Origin: a virus
Virus record (IMG/VR): IMGVR_UViG_3300033149_003588
Coordinates: 10,460 to 74,459 of that record
Length of the DNA stretch: 64,000 nucleotides
Strand: one strand, 5' to 3'
Positions 19,523-30,800 of the stretch are shown here, in pieces (position 1 is the stretch's first letter; each line of letters opens with the position of its first letter). Made by a program: the position numbers and the translations under genes. The notes under the pieces were generated by a model, which did no database searches, was not told the DNA's origin, and saw only the letters and a list, made by a program, of their open reading frames with translations.

Positions 19523-22500
19523 TCATAAAACATCACCATCTATATCAACTAGTGATGTGCTTGAAAGCGCTGGGGTAGAAGCATCATTATATTGACGAAG
19601 AAAACTCATCGCATTCCAATTAAACAAACAGACACCAGCATCTGTTCCCGTGGTTGCCACACCAATAATCCCATTTCTACTGTGTAACTCTGACCACCTG
19701 CTTCGAACATTATCAGCTGACATAATGGTATTGGATAATCTTACTTGATATGGCATCTTTTTGACATAACTAGACTCCCCTATCACATTGGTAGGACAAT
19801 AATCAGTCTTAATACAGTGACCCAATGCTCCACCAGTACTATTAAGTGCGCCAATACTGCTAATACTGGTACTATCAACTAATCGCCCATTGTGATATAA
19901 TTTTATATCACCGGAACTATCCCAGGTAACGACAATATACATTAACCCATACCCATATGACTCGGTTCCATTCCTAAATATGCCCCCATTATAAAGTCTA
20001 TGCGTATTTAAAACCTCGAAATTACTATTATCTTTATAATAAATTACATATACCCTATGACCAATTAATGTACTATGTCCAGTTAAACTAGTTTCTACAG
20101 TACCAAACGGCATTAAACAATATATATTAACAGCCTTCGATCCTAGCCTGAAAAGAGTCAGGAGTTGCTCAGTGCTATCATTGGCGATGTTAGATGCCCT
20201 CCTACCTATCCACTCAATAGATCCCGAAGACGGTATTGAATAGCCAGATGGTATTATCCATTCTTCTTGAAAACAAATGCCACCCATACCATGTCTGGTT
20301 TTACTAATTTGTTTTACACTAGAACTACTAGACAAAGTAAGATCAAGAGAATTGCCCGATTGGTCATGTATGGTATAAAAATATTTATCACTATCAGATA
20401 CATAACGAGCCCCATCGAACCTCCATAAAGCCTGGGTATCTGTAGTATTGGGCAACACCCTTCTCATATTTGTAAACCGTGCATTATCTGACACTACAGA
20501 AGCCACAGGATTATCACCATCTATATCACCACACAACTCAGAATCAGTAACAGTAACATCATAGTTTTTAAGAATAATACCAGCCCCAATCATCCTATAT
20601 GTTATACTTCTGGGCATAACCAGCGCCTTGTCAGTTTCAGAGGTTAATGTGAGTTCACTACTTTCCTCAATAAGAGTTATTCCGTCACTCTGATATATGG
20701 CTATTTTAAATGTAGTATCACTATATGTAATTTTAACAACAATGCGATCACCACCATTATAAAATACCCAATCATTATATGCTGGCTCACTATCAACCCA
20801 GGTACCACTAGTAGCATTCCAATATCTCGTGGTGCCATCTGATATTTTGTGATATATGCGCATATAATCATTCTTCTCATCAGCCCCGCTTCCATACCAA
20901 CGAAGCTCAAAAACTGTAGAAAAATGTGTTGCCTGCGGCCATAGATGATGACCAAGTCTAAGTTTCCGATCTCTATCTGAATACTGTGTGTCAATATCAA
21001 ATGTAATTACACCACGCGTAGGAACAATGTAATAGCTAACATTCCATTCATTCCATGGAAATGTTCTATTAGGGGCATCAGAATATATATATGGGCCATA
21101 ATGCTCGCCATGCGAGCAAGCATGATTTAATTCTAATAATATAACACCCTGGTCTGTCGATAACAATGCGCCAATAGAATTATATAAGTTTTCTATAGTG
21201 CAGATCTTATGTACATAAAATTTACCAACATTCGCTGGTAACCACCCTATCTTCTGATATGCACCCATATGTTCTAAATAAGTCATTGTAAAATTATCAG
21301 CACTAATAGTATCATATGCATGCTTGTACCATATAATATTAAGATCTCGATGTTCAGCGGCTGTATCACCACCAAGAGCTATAATCATTATAGGAAGCAT
21401 GGCAGCGTCAACTTTAAGAATATCAAAACCGCCAGATAAATGAATGGCATCTATATGTGCGTCACCAGATATCGGAGTATATAAATTATTTTTAGAACTA
21501 TAATTATTACCTGTAGTACGATCATTGGTTATAAGATCAACATACACATTACCAGCTGCAATGTATTCTATATTATCATATATTCTCATATGTATACATC
21601 TTATATGGGCATTACCAACAGTTACATCGTTATAGCTTGACCAAGATATTGTATCATTCCTTTCACTAAAATCTGATGTAGTAGATTCTTGTTCAGAGGT
21701 ACCTATTACAAAAAACGCGTCATTCCTCATATCAATAATGCGTATCCCACCAGTTTCTGTACCAATAGAAATTACTCCATTAGCTGCAGAAATACACTTC
21801 ATGCCACCATCTAATACATAGTCAGAACCAGTTTCAAATCTCATCCACAAACTGTTATCTTGAGCATCAATAATATCAAGCCCACCACTAGACAAAATAA
21901 GAAACGCAACGGTCGGAAATACACCGGATATATTTTGCCAACTAGCAATATCATCCGGAGAATCCTTTACACCATTTGTATATTTGAATCCATCGGAAGC
22001 ATATCCAGAAAATTTATATCCACGAAACCCATATATGTAGTCTATATTAACTACTGAAGTAATCTCGGACCCCCACCCCTTCACACCTAATAATATATTA
22101 TTCTCATTAGTTGCATCTGTAATCCATACAGTAGAGTCGCTAAGTATCTCCTCGCCATCCCTATATACCGTGACAACATGATTAACTTTATCAAAATCAA
22201 TTCGGTATTCTGGCATTTCTGTGGGATAACAATCAGTGGAAACAACATTAACACCAGTAGCACCATTAACGATTGATATCTTGCCCTCAGTCCATATAAT
22301 ATACACACACTTAGTACCACTGTAATATGCTAATCTAAATCCACCGCTATTATATGATGTTGGTTCATTAATATTAAGAGCAACAGCACGAAATTTTATA
22401 ACTATTGAAAATAAATCTTGGTTTTCTAATAACTCTTTCTTAATACTAGCTTCGCCAGACTGTGCTGTAGTTAAATAATAATAGGAATCTTCTAAATATA

Positions 22501-22702
22501 CATCACCATCACCAACCTTAGATATGGTCCAATACTCACTCGGATCTATGGTGCAATCGCATGTAAGCAAGTAAGGTCTATCACTATATGACATACTAGT
22601 AGGGTTGCCCCAAGCCTCCGATCTTATATCATAACTCTGAACATCTATCACTGAATCGCTTACCAAATGACCACTAGCCACACTTAATTGTGCATTAGGC
22701 AT
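19523..22702 (-). CDS. Tail fiber / receptor-binding protein with C-terminal LamG (concanavalin A-like) domain
   Basis: 1059 aa; ALWRFD...DQSGNSLDLT...GSIEW...YIVVTWDSSGDIKLYHNGRLVD is a LamG-type signature. Confidence 0.75.
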   Translation of the reverse strand: MPNAQLSVASGHLVSDSVIDVQSYDIRSEAWGNPTSMSYSDRPYLLTCDCTIDPSEYWTISKVGDGDVYLEDSYYYLTTAQSGEASIKKELLENQDLFSIVIKFRAVALNINEPTSYNSGGFRLAYYSGTKCVYIIWTEGKISIVNGATGVNVVSTDCYPTEMPEYRIDFDKVNHVVTVYRDGEEILSDSTVWITDATNENNILLGVKGWGSEITSVVNIDYIYGFRGYKFSGYASDGFKYTNGVKDSPDDIASWQNISGVFPTVAFLILSSGGLDIIDAQDNSLWMRFETGSDYVLDGGMKCISAANGVISIGTETGGIRIIDMRNDAFFVIGTSEQESTTSDFSERNDTISWSSYNDVTVGNAHIRCIHMRIYDNIEYIAAGNVYVDLITNDRTTGNNYSSKNNLYTPISGDAHIDAIHLSGGFDILKVDAAMLPIMIIALGGDTAAEHRDLNIIWYKHAYDTISADNFTMTYLEHMGAYQKIGWLPANVGKFYVHKICTIENLYNSIGALLSTDQGVILLELNHACSHGEHYGPYIYSDAPNRTFPWNEWNVSYYIVPTRGVITFDIDTQYSDRDRKLRLGHHLWPQATHFSTVFELRWYGSGADEKNDYMRIYHKISDGTTRYWNATSGTWVDSEPAYNDWVFYNGGDRIVVKITYSDTTFKIAIYQSDGITLIEESSELTLTSETDKALVMPRSITYRMIGAGIILKNYDVTVTDSELCGDIDGDNPVASVVSDNARFTNMRRVLPNTTDTQALWRFDGARYVSDSDKYFYTIHDQSGNSLDLTLSSSSSVKQISKTRHGMGGICFQEEWIIPSGYSIPSSGSIEWIGRRASNIANDSTEQLLTLFRLGSKAVNIYCLMPFGTVETSLTGHSTLIGHRVYVIYYKDNSNFEVLNTHRLYNGGIFRNGTESYGYGLMYIVVTWDSSGDIKLYHNGRLVDSTSISSIGALNSTGGALGHCIKTDYCPTNVIGESSYVKKMPYQVRLSNTIMSADNVRSRWSELHSRNGIIGVATTGTDAGVCLFNWNAMSFLRQYNDASTPALSSTSLVDIDGDVL

Positions 22703-22718
22703 ATTACAATCTCCTATT

Positions 22719-24836
22719 TTAACTAGCTACTACAGCCCAGCATAATATTTTCGCTGTTTTATCACCTGCTGATATATCAGTAGCATGAAATCTTGTGTAT
22801 AAATATGCATAGTCACCAGCTGCAACATTGGATAATGTTAAAGTAGTGCCAACTCCATACCATGTGCTCCCATCTGTAGAGATTTCTATACTATCATCAG
22901 CATCTGTATTATCATCCTTTATTATAGTGCAATAAATATCAGCCACATTAGCTGTATTATTATAAACTCTTACTGGCTCTGCCTCATTGGTTATCCCCAC
23001 GTATGACTCATAAAGATAATTGACTGTGGTATATATATTTTGATCCACCGCAAACGCCATATTATATCTCAGTGTAATACAATCGGCATCATATATTCGG
23101 GTTGCATCGGAATCCACCAAACTACTTAGTATTCTTTGCACAGTACCATATTCTCTGGTACTAAATGTAAACGTGTCACCAACAACCCATTCATTGGGAG
23201 CATCATAATATATAATGAATGTTATAGCACCATTATCATTAGTATACTCGATATTAGATGTGACCTCTGCAGTTTGTACGCCAGATATCGACCCTGTCAC
23301 CCTAAACTTTGCTACATTAGCACCACCACCGACTATACATTCAACAGTCCAATCTTCAGTATCAACTAGCTCATTTTCTAATATTATATCTGACATATAT
23401 CCACTGCCCACATTATCATCAGCAGCTACTGGCGATGTTGCAGTGGCCACCCTATCCATAGCTATGTCGACATCATTAATACCACGTATGGCTATATAAT
23501 CGCCTGCCATAACCCTTAAGGGAGTGGCTAACTTGATAGAATAGTCATAATATCCAACATGAGGTTCTATACTCTCAGTCATCGACCTACCTATTATATT
23601 AAGATAGTCACCCTCATCTCGTAATACAAAAACTTCAAATATAGCAGATTCATGCACATGTGCATACATACCTATTCCATATATATAACCATTGGTTGAT
23701 ACAGGAATAGTGCGCTCGATCCATATATAATTATTAACATTGACACTATTTGATCTTGCTACTACGGCATTGCCAGCCAACACATTAAAATCTGATGGCT
23801 TAAATAATATATAGTCCTCGTCAGATAATATCTCGATCTCTGCTGGACTAATATTACGCGTAACGTCTCCATTTGATATCTCAATTTTTACATATTTGGC
23901 TCCCTGAGCAAGCTCAAAATCATACCTATATATATTAGCAGTAGCATCAACAAGTGACTCATTATAAGTAGAAAATTCTAGCCAGCTCGAATCATCATCA
24001 GATAGATAGACAGACAAATCACTCAGGTCATTCAATCTTTCACAATATACTCTAATATCTGATAAATATGTAAAATTATCAAATTCTATGTGTGTTATTA
24101 ATTGACCATGCTCTATACCGGTTAACCTCATGCCAACCTTAGTATTAGCATCACCATAGTCACCAGACCATATAGATGATTCAGTATCACTTTGTACATC
24201 CATGGAAATATAAATACCCAAATCAGTATTGTCAGGACAACATACAGACATGTGTTGTACTGTTGATGAATCAATATCACCAACTCGTGTTATATATAAT
24301 CCTATGAGTACATCTGGATCTATAGCTCTATTTATATTAAAATCTTGTAACTTTGTCTGTCCCTGGTATACTTTAACATGCCCAAGATCATCTTCAGCAA
24401 TATAATGAATAGTACTACCATCTATTGTAAAATATTTAATTTTAACATTGATTTCTCTATATATTCCATCTGTATCCACAGATGCATACATATCTGCACC
24501 CACGAAATTACAAAACAAGGATAAAGTAACCTTCTTAAGAATGCCATCAGATGAAGATATATAATCAGTAGCAGGTCCCAATATAAAGGTTTTATTTTTA
24601 GGGACTAAATTATTATCTGCTATACCATATATTGCCGGTGCGTCCCCTATAATGGGTGCTATTTCTACAGCGCCTACATCCACATCAATAGTTGTATTGG
24701 TAACAGCGTTATGTAGTGCATCAAGATCACTTTCTGATAATGACGCACTACCCCCACCGTCTGTCCAAGTACCGGTCAATCCAATATTATAATTATTGCT
24801 CATATGCTTCCCCGCTATAACAAGCTTTTGGGACAA
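22719..24836 (-). CDS. Tail-associated beta-sandwich protein (discoidin-like segment)
   Basis: 705 aa; VYLSDDDSSW...AKYVKIEI...EIEI carbohydrate-binding-module-like motif. Confidence 0.6.
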   Translation of the reverse strand: MSQKLVIAGKHMSNNYNIGLTGTWTDGGGSASLSESDLDALHNAVTNTTIDVDVGAVEIAPIIGDAPAIYGIADNNLVPKNKTFILGPATDYISSSDGILKKVTLSLFCNFVGADMYASVDTDGIYREINVKIKYFTIDGSTIHYIAEDDLGHVKVYQGQTKLQDFNINRAIDPDVLIGLYITRVGDIDSSTVQHMSVCCPDNTDLGIYISMDVQSDTESSIWSGDYGDANTKVGMRLTGIEHGQLITHIEFDNFTYLSDIRVYCERLNDLSDLSVYLSDDDSSWLEFSTYNESLVDATANIYRYDFELAQGAKYVKIEISNGDVTRNISPAEIEILSDEDYILFKPSDFNVLAGNAVVARSNSVNVNNYIWIERTIPVSTNGYIYGIGMYAHVHESAIFEVFVLRDEGDYLNIIGRSMTESIEPHVGYYDYSIKLATPLRVMAGDYIAIRGINDVDIAMDRVATATSPVAADDNVGSGYMSDIILENELVDTEDWTVECIVGGGANVAKFRVTGSISGVQTAEVTSNIEYTNDNGAITFIIYYDAPNEWVVGDTFTFSTREYGTVQRILSSLVDSDATRIYDADCITLRYNMAFAVDQNIYTTVNYLYESYVGITNEAEPVRVYNNTANVADIYCTIIKDDNTDADDSIEISTDGSTWYGVGTTLTLSNVAAGDYAYLYTRFHATDISAGDKTAKILCWAVVAS

Positions 24837-25399
24837 CGTAAATTCTTAAAATCGAACACTTCATGAGAAAGCTTCATCCTGAATATATTGTCAAGCATTA
24901 TTAATATTTTATTACTAATAATATTGTGATATATTACAATAGAAGTTCCCCAATTATTAATTACCATCCCATATACTTGCGCACTGGGTTTATGTTCAGG
25001 GCACCCACCCACCAAATCTGCCTCGGCTTCATAATATCTCCATATCTGATTAATTTCTTCATGTTTAGTAAGCCGTATAACATCAATGTCTTTAACAGAT
25101 ATGCGTAGCATATTGCTATCATTATCTATGGTCGTGGGTTCAGACGTGGGCCTAAATGTCATTACATCGGCCACAGTGCCATGAGTTACGATACCAAGTA
25201 TTACATCGTCGTTATCTCTAACAAGTGTACCTGCTGCACCATCAAACACTCTAAATCCGTGCTTTGATGGAATAATAATCTCTACCTTGTCATCTATATC
25301 AAATGATATACTTTCGATGTCTTGAATGGATTTAACATTGCCAGACCACCCATCTTCTTCCGTAATAATCGAGCCATCTTTCATATCAAGTTTCCACAT
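24815..25399 (-). CDS. Hypothetical protein
   Basis: 194-aa ORF with AAGGAGA SD. Confidence 0.65.
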   Translation of the reverse strand: MWKLDMKDGSIITEEDGWSGNVKSIQDIESISFDIDDKVEIIIPSKHGFRVFDGAAGTLVRDNDDVILGIVTHGTVADVMTFRPTSEPTTIDNDSNMLRISVKDIDVIRLTKHEEINQIWRYYEAEADLVGGCPEHKPSAQVYGMVINNWGTSIVIYHNIISNKILIMLDNIFRMKLSHEVFDFKNLRCPKSLL

Positions 25400-25423
25400 T
25401 ACTTGTCTCTCCTTATAAGAATA

Positions 25424-25828
25424 TTATTTTAAACGACTAAACGGCATCACTTCAGTCATCACAATCGGTTTCATGTCCTCATCAAACCAAGAATGAGAAC
25501 GAAAAACCCAGCGATTTAGCACATACACTGTAAGAATAATTAGCGAATCGATGATAGGATTAATAACCCAACTTAGTGGCCAGCCAACTTTAATTACAGA
25601 CATAACAATTGTCTTGGCCCACTTAAACTTGTCCTGTTTCATAATAAGATCCTGGACCACACAGGCTTCTTCCACCTCAATAACAACTGATTTAATTAAA
25701 TTAAATATTTCTATGACCCCATCCAAGAAACCGCGTATCGAACGTATCTTGCCAACACCTTCGAATACCACCTTATATATATCGCAGATCTCTTTAAACC
25801 ATTTTTCTAAAGCTTGTGCCCTGGTCAT
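25424..25828 (-). CDS. Hypothetical protein, possibly holin-like
   Basis: EVEE...KQDKFKWAK...IDSLIILTVYVLN resembles LL-H-type holin C-termini; ATGA overlap with the upstream gene. Confidence 0.4.
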   Translation of the reverse strand: MTRAQALEKWFKEICDIYKVVFEGVGKIRSIRGFLDGVIEIFNLIKSVVIEVEEACVVQDLIMKQDKFKWAKTIVMSVIKVGWPLSWVINPIIDSLIILTVYVLNRWVFRSHSWFDEDMKPIVMTEVMPFSRLK

Positions 25829-26049
25829 GATTGCCCCTTCCTTTCAGCCCTTATAGATAATATGGTCTTTCTAAGTGATAGGGCTAGTTTTTTTATATTA
25901 CCCAGTCCATTCCGAGCTCTAGTACTTGCTGCCCGGTTATTCTCATTAACATAGTCTATAGTATCATTAACTACTTCCTGCATTATTCTCGCCATCTCTT
26001 CAATACCATTCATTAACTCTTCTTCTAATTCTGTAATTTGATTATCCAT
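25825..26049 (-). CDS. Histone H1-like (Hc1-family) small DNA-binding protein
   Basis: NNRAASTRARNGLGNIKKLALSLRKTI matches the Hc1 core GNKAAGTRARKxxxELKKLxxExRK. Confidence 0.75.
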   Translation of the reverse strand: MDNQITELEEELMNGIEEMARIMQEVVNDTIDYVNENNRAASTRARNGLGNIKKLALSLRKTILSIRAERKGQS

Positions 26050-26072
26050 TTTTACTCCTTGATTATCATATA

Positions 26073-26288
26073 TTATTTCCTACACCCCTCACATCCTTTT
26101 TTACTTAATACATATGCTCTTACATTCATTATTTTTGCATTTATATCACGGAATAAAGCTATAGCGCGCGCTATCTGTACATTAGAATTATCAGATTTTG
26201 TCTCTATCGAGGGAATCAACAATCCCAGCTCATCAATAGAAGCTCTAATATTCTTTAGTATTTCCTGGTAATTACAAGTCATATACAC
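26073..26288 (-). CDS. Hypothetical protein (C-terminal CxxC)
   Basis: 71-aa helical ORF ending KKGCEGCRK. Confidence 0.5.
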   Translation of the reverse strand: MYMTCNYQEILKNIRASIDELGLLIPSIETKSDNSNVQIARAIALFRDINAKIMNVRAYVLSKKGCEGCRK

Positions 26289-26291
26289 TGC

Positions 26292-26921
26292 CTATACCCA
26301 TGTATAGCGGAATGTAAAACGACATTGATACTGTGCCGGTGGCAAATGCTCTCCCGTATAAAACACACATGCTAGTGTCTGTTCACCTGCGCTGCCAAAT
26401 CCTGAGGATATCTCAAGATACTGGGTATCTCCCTGCATACTTTGCCATGTGTCTGATGTAACTTCTGCACCATCCTTACCATCTGTAGGTGATGGCTCAC
26501 CCGCCCCACTACTAGACAATGACGCCTTTAAATAACTAGTATTCTTCCCAATGCTTTCATTCCAAGTATCCTCAGTACCATTCAATAGGGCTGATTCGTG
26601 TGTTCTAGCCCCAGAATCATAGCAAGTAATTCTTGGAGCGCTTGCACATGCGCCGGACCATATCACTTTGAACATATTTACATTCGAATATGTTCCATAA
26701 GTATTTATACGATAGTAATCTCCACTAGACCCTATCCATACTTCTTCTATCTCTGCAGTACCAGTTACGGGTCTCTGTTGATTTGGAATAGTTGTCATCC
26801 CAGACGTTCCACCTGTACCGCACAGTACAATGCGTTCACCTGAAGCACCCTCAATAGTTCTCCAGTTAGGAACATCTTCTGTACCAATATTACCCTGGAC
26901 TGTTATAGTTGGTTGTGCCAT
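26292..26921 (-). CDS. Putative tail protein
   Basis: 209 aa, G/S/T-rich, ends FTFRYTWV; AAGGAGG SD. Confidence 0.6.
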   Translation of the reverse strand: MAQPTITVQGNIGTEDVPNWRTIEGASGERIVLCGTGGTSGMTTIPNQQRPVTGTAEIEEVWIGSSGDYYRINTYGTYSNVNMFKVIWSGACASAPRITCYDSGARTHESALLNGTEDTWNESIGKNTSYLKASLSSSGAGEPSPTDGKDGAEVTSDTWQSMQGDTQYLEISSGFGSAGEQTLACVFYTGEHLPPAQYQCRFTFRYTWV

Positions 26922-26977
26922 ATTTCCTCCTTATATTTTTATACTATATATAGTTTGCATTTGATTTAATTACTATT

Positions 26978-27892
26978 TCAAACCTCATATCCCCAACACT
27001 TTATCCTAAATGACCGAGGATTTAATTCTACTGTTGCTGAATCCGATATATTCGTCCTAATCCAAAAGAAAACCTCTCCACTGCTCGTTATAACACCCGT
27101 AGACTGTCCCACTTCTGTTATATTTTTCGTCGTATTCGAATAAGCCAATGGCGTACCCTCTGAATCTAGTGCAGATTGTATATATTGATAACCATCTGCT
27201 ATCGTAATTATTGCAATATCGTCATCCGTTACATTGCTCCCAAACGCAACACTAATACCACTAACAATATTGTCATACATAGTACCATCTAGTGCAGCAT
27301 TTTCTTGCATCAAAAACCCATTTGAATATATATCTGCAGTAGCCGGGCTCCCTGGTGTATAATTATCTATTGTAATATTATATGTACCAGGTAATATTGT
27401 ATCGGTAGGATCAATTATCCCAGCGACCAATTCCCCACTAGTCAGGTTCACATAATATGCGTCTGGCAATACTCTCAATTGGGCACCTATCACCGTACGG
27501 CTAGAATCGTTAAATACCTTTAATCTCAATCCATCGCCAGTACCAGCAAGCACTAATCCTAAATCTAAATCCTCATGTACTACAATTTGTACCATATCAC
27601 CATTACTAGCACCAGCATGAAATACCATATCAAAACACGCAACTTCATTAATCGTTTCACTATCTATAATAATAGTAAATGCCCTCGCATCATGAGGATT
27701 ATTATATGCATTAGGACATGATATAGTGGCAACGGCAGTATCACCACTAACATTACTAATTGTTATATCATAAGTACCAGCCAGCAAATCTCCGCGGGCA
27801 CCATTAATACAGGATATTGCTGGTGTGCCAACAGTATTAGTAAACGTTACTGTCTGTGTGTTGTTATCTATATCTTTAATAATTAATGGCAT
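26978..27892 (-). CDS. Tail protein immediately downstream of the tape measure gene
   Basis: 304 aa with an internal duplication (LLAGTYDITISN / ILPGTYNITIDN). Confidence 0.6.
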   Translation of the reverse strand: MPLIIKDIDNNTQTVTFTNTVGTPAISCINGARGDLLAGTYDITISNVSGDTAVATISCPNAYNNPHDARAFTIIIDSETINEVACFDMVFHAGASNGDMVQIVVHEDLDLGLVLAGTGDGLRLKVFNDSSRTVIGAQLRVLPDAYYVNLTSGELVAGIIDPTDTILPGTYNITIDNYTPGSPATADIYSNGFLMQENAALDGTMYDNIVSGISVAFGSNVTDDDIAIITIADGYQYIQSALDSEGTPLAYSNTTKNITEVGQSTGVITSSGEVFFWIRTNISDSATVELNPRSFRIKCWGYEV

Positions 27893-27895
27893 ATC

Positions 27896-30800
27896 CTAGT
27901 CACCACTAATCGGTAAATTAGTTGTTGTTATATGTAACTCCGTAGCACCGAGTTGATTGCCTCGTTCATCTTTTAATATGATTTCTGCGGAGCCAGTAAT
28001 ATTTATATCATTTGTATATTGGGCAACAAGATTTTTCACTGCATTGGCTAATTCGATATTAGATTCAGATTGTTCAGATATTGAATGAATTAATTCAGGC
28101 ATATCATTCAATTTATTTAATGCTTCTTCCCTGCCTATACCAATAGCAGGAGGAAGTTGCTTACGTATAGTCTGAGTGGCCTCATCAATTACCTTGCTCA
28201 ATTTTTCAGCGGCCTCCCCAAATTTAATTCCTTCAGTAGCTTTTTTAAAAGCCTCACTAGTAAAAATATCTTGAAATACACCTATTGTTTTTTCTAAGCC
28301 TGGTATTACGTCGGCAAAGTGTTTTGCCGCCAAATCTAATGAATCTGCTACCGAGGCGCCTTGTGCAAACGCACCAGTTAATAGAAACGTTGCATCATGC
28401 ATTTTATCTATGACGGGCTTGGCAACATCTTCATATACTGCGCGTAAATTAACTAGATATTGTGCTTGCTTGCCCAACTTAGTAGTACCAGTAATTTCAA
28501 GTATATCGGCAACTGCAAGCATGTCTCTTTTAATGTCATCCATCGGCATCCCAAGCTCAAATCCGCGCTCATAAACCTCAGATAATGCAGACAATAATGA
28601 TTGACCACGCTCAATTATATGTTCACCTAACATGGGGTCACCAAATATATTTTTCTCCATTACCTCTCTGGCTCGATCCCCCATGGTAGCAAACTCTTTA
28701 ATGGGAGTACCCATTATAGCTTCAAATGCTTGCCTTTTTTCTTCTAATTGCATTATTAATGTTTCATATTCATAGAATGGATCTTCAAAACCCGGGAACA
28801 ACTTACCAGTAATATATCCCTTTGCCTTTCTAACAAGCCCTATAATCTCGGCCATCGTATCATGCGTCTTAATAACAACAGTAAGTACTGCATTATAGGC
28901 ATTAGCAAGTGTTTTCGCAGCCTCTGTTCGCTTTTTAGTTATCTCGGCAAAGCTTTCTTCTGCCGCTCTGATTTCAGCTAATTTTTCTGATTCTTCATCT
29001 AAAAGTCGCCCACGTTCTGCTTCATGTTTTAAAACGTCATTCTGCCTATCAGCTATCGTTGCCACTTGCTTACCATATTTAACATAGCCCTGAACTATTT
29101 CTGCAACACTAATACCTATCTTCCCATGAGCTGTACCAACATTTTGAAGCGCCTGTCCATGCTCTTCGTATATGCGTTTAAGTTCTCGTCCCATTGCTAA
29201 ATTAGCTTTTTGCCTTCTGGTAATACCCATCCCTATCTGGCCCACCTCATGACTCGTATATGCAATCATAGCCTCATTATAATTAAAAAGCTTGGGATCT
29301 ATGCCTCTTAAATTTTTATTCATACTTTCCCAAATGTCAGCCATCATTTTGGCATCGCGCTCAGAAAAATCTATGCCAAATTCAACACGACCCCAATCCT
29401 TGACAGCCCTGTGAAATTCATCATATGTAGCTTGAGCATCTTTTTCATCTATCTCTACTTCAGCATCAATCTCTAATTGTCTCTCTCTAATCCTCGATAA
29501 ATCTTTGTGTAATTTTTCTATGGTCTCTGGTATACCCTTTATCTCGTCCTTATAGGTTTTAAGAGTTATAATAGCACCAATAACCTCATCAACCCCAAGT
29601 GCTGCCATCCAATCTGATATTTTGGCACCGCTAAGCGCAGTTTGAATATTTTTTATCTCTGACGTAATGCTTCGCCAAAACTTCACCATTTGTGCTCTTT
29701 GCTTTGGAAGATCCAAATAAGTAAATAATGCAATTAGCGTCCGGGCTATTGTTTCTTGTTGTCTAAGGGACGATATCCCGGGCACATCATGAAGACTAAC
29801 AAGTGCCCTTTGTAATATATTAATCTGGTTAACAGCTGTTCCAGTTACTATCCGGGGTTCAACCTCCATCATCTGCTCATACTCACGTTGAAATCCCTGA
29901 AATTGCATCGTAAACCTGCTAAATCCTAGCTTAAACTTTTCTGCGATATTGAAGCCACCCTGAAAAATCCCTCCCCTCTCTTGGCGTATTAATATATCAT
30001 ACATATCATCCATAGACTTGCCCAATACCTTAGAAGCAGCAACTACTTTAGAAAATTCTTCGGGAGTCATCCCCATTAGTATTCTTCGTCTTTCTAAAGG
30101 AATAAGCTTCGTATCGCCTATCGTCTTCTTTAATACGGCTGCTTCTTCTTCGGCATTTTTAAATCCTCGCTTAACTGCAGCAAGGTCTTCTTTCATCTTT
30201 TTAATAGTGTCAGATTCTTTCTTGGAATAGTAACTCCATATACCAAAGGCAATGCGCAATGCAGCCATAAATATAACCATCTTGCCTAAAGACCATAATA
30301 TAGCATTAAATGCTTTCACTACGCCCCAGGCACCAGTTGCAAGAATACCTAATGTACGTTTGAAATATTCCATGCCTTTACCCTTGGCAACATGGATCAT
30401 CATTTGATCAACTTCTTGCCAGGCACTTACTATATTAGATATCGGTTGCAAAAATTCCTTAGCAGCTGCTCTCATCTCCTGCATCGGTTTAATAGATTTT
30501 TGAGTAGCAACTCTAAGTTCTAACATTTTGTTTCTTACACCTTCAGCTGCCCTCCGAATATCCTCTTGGGCCTTGACAGGGTCATCAGCTGTTCTCTGTG
30601 CCTCTATCGCCTTATCATAGTCATCTATGGCTTCTGCCAATGCTTTATAACCAACCTTGAATTCCGGACTAAGTTCACCTATAGCCTTAAATGCCGTATC
30701 AGTTACCATGGCACGTATATTACTTATAGTATCCTCAATCTTTATGAACCCTTTGGTATCTATACCCTCCCCAAGTCTGGTTATATATTTACCCATTAAT

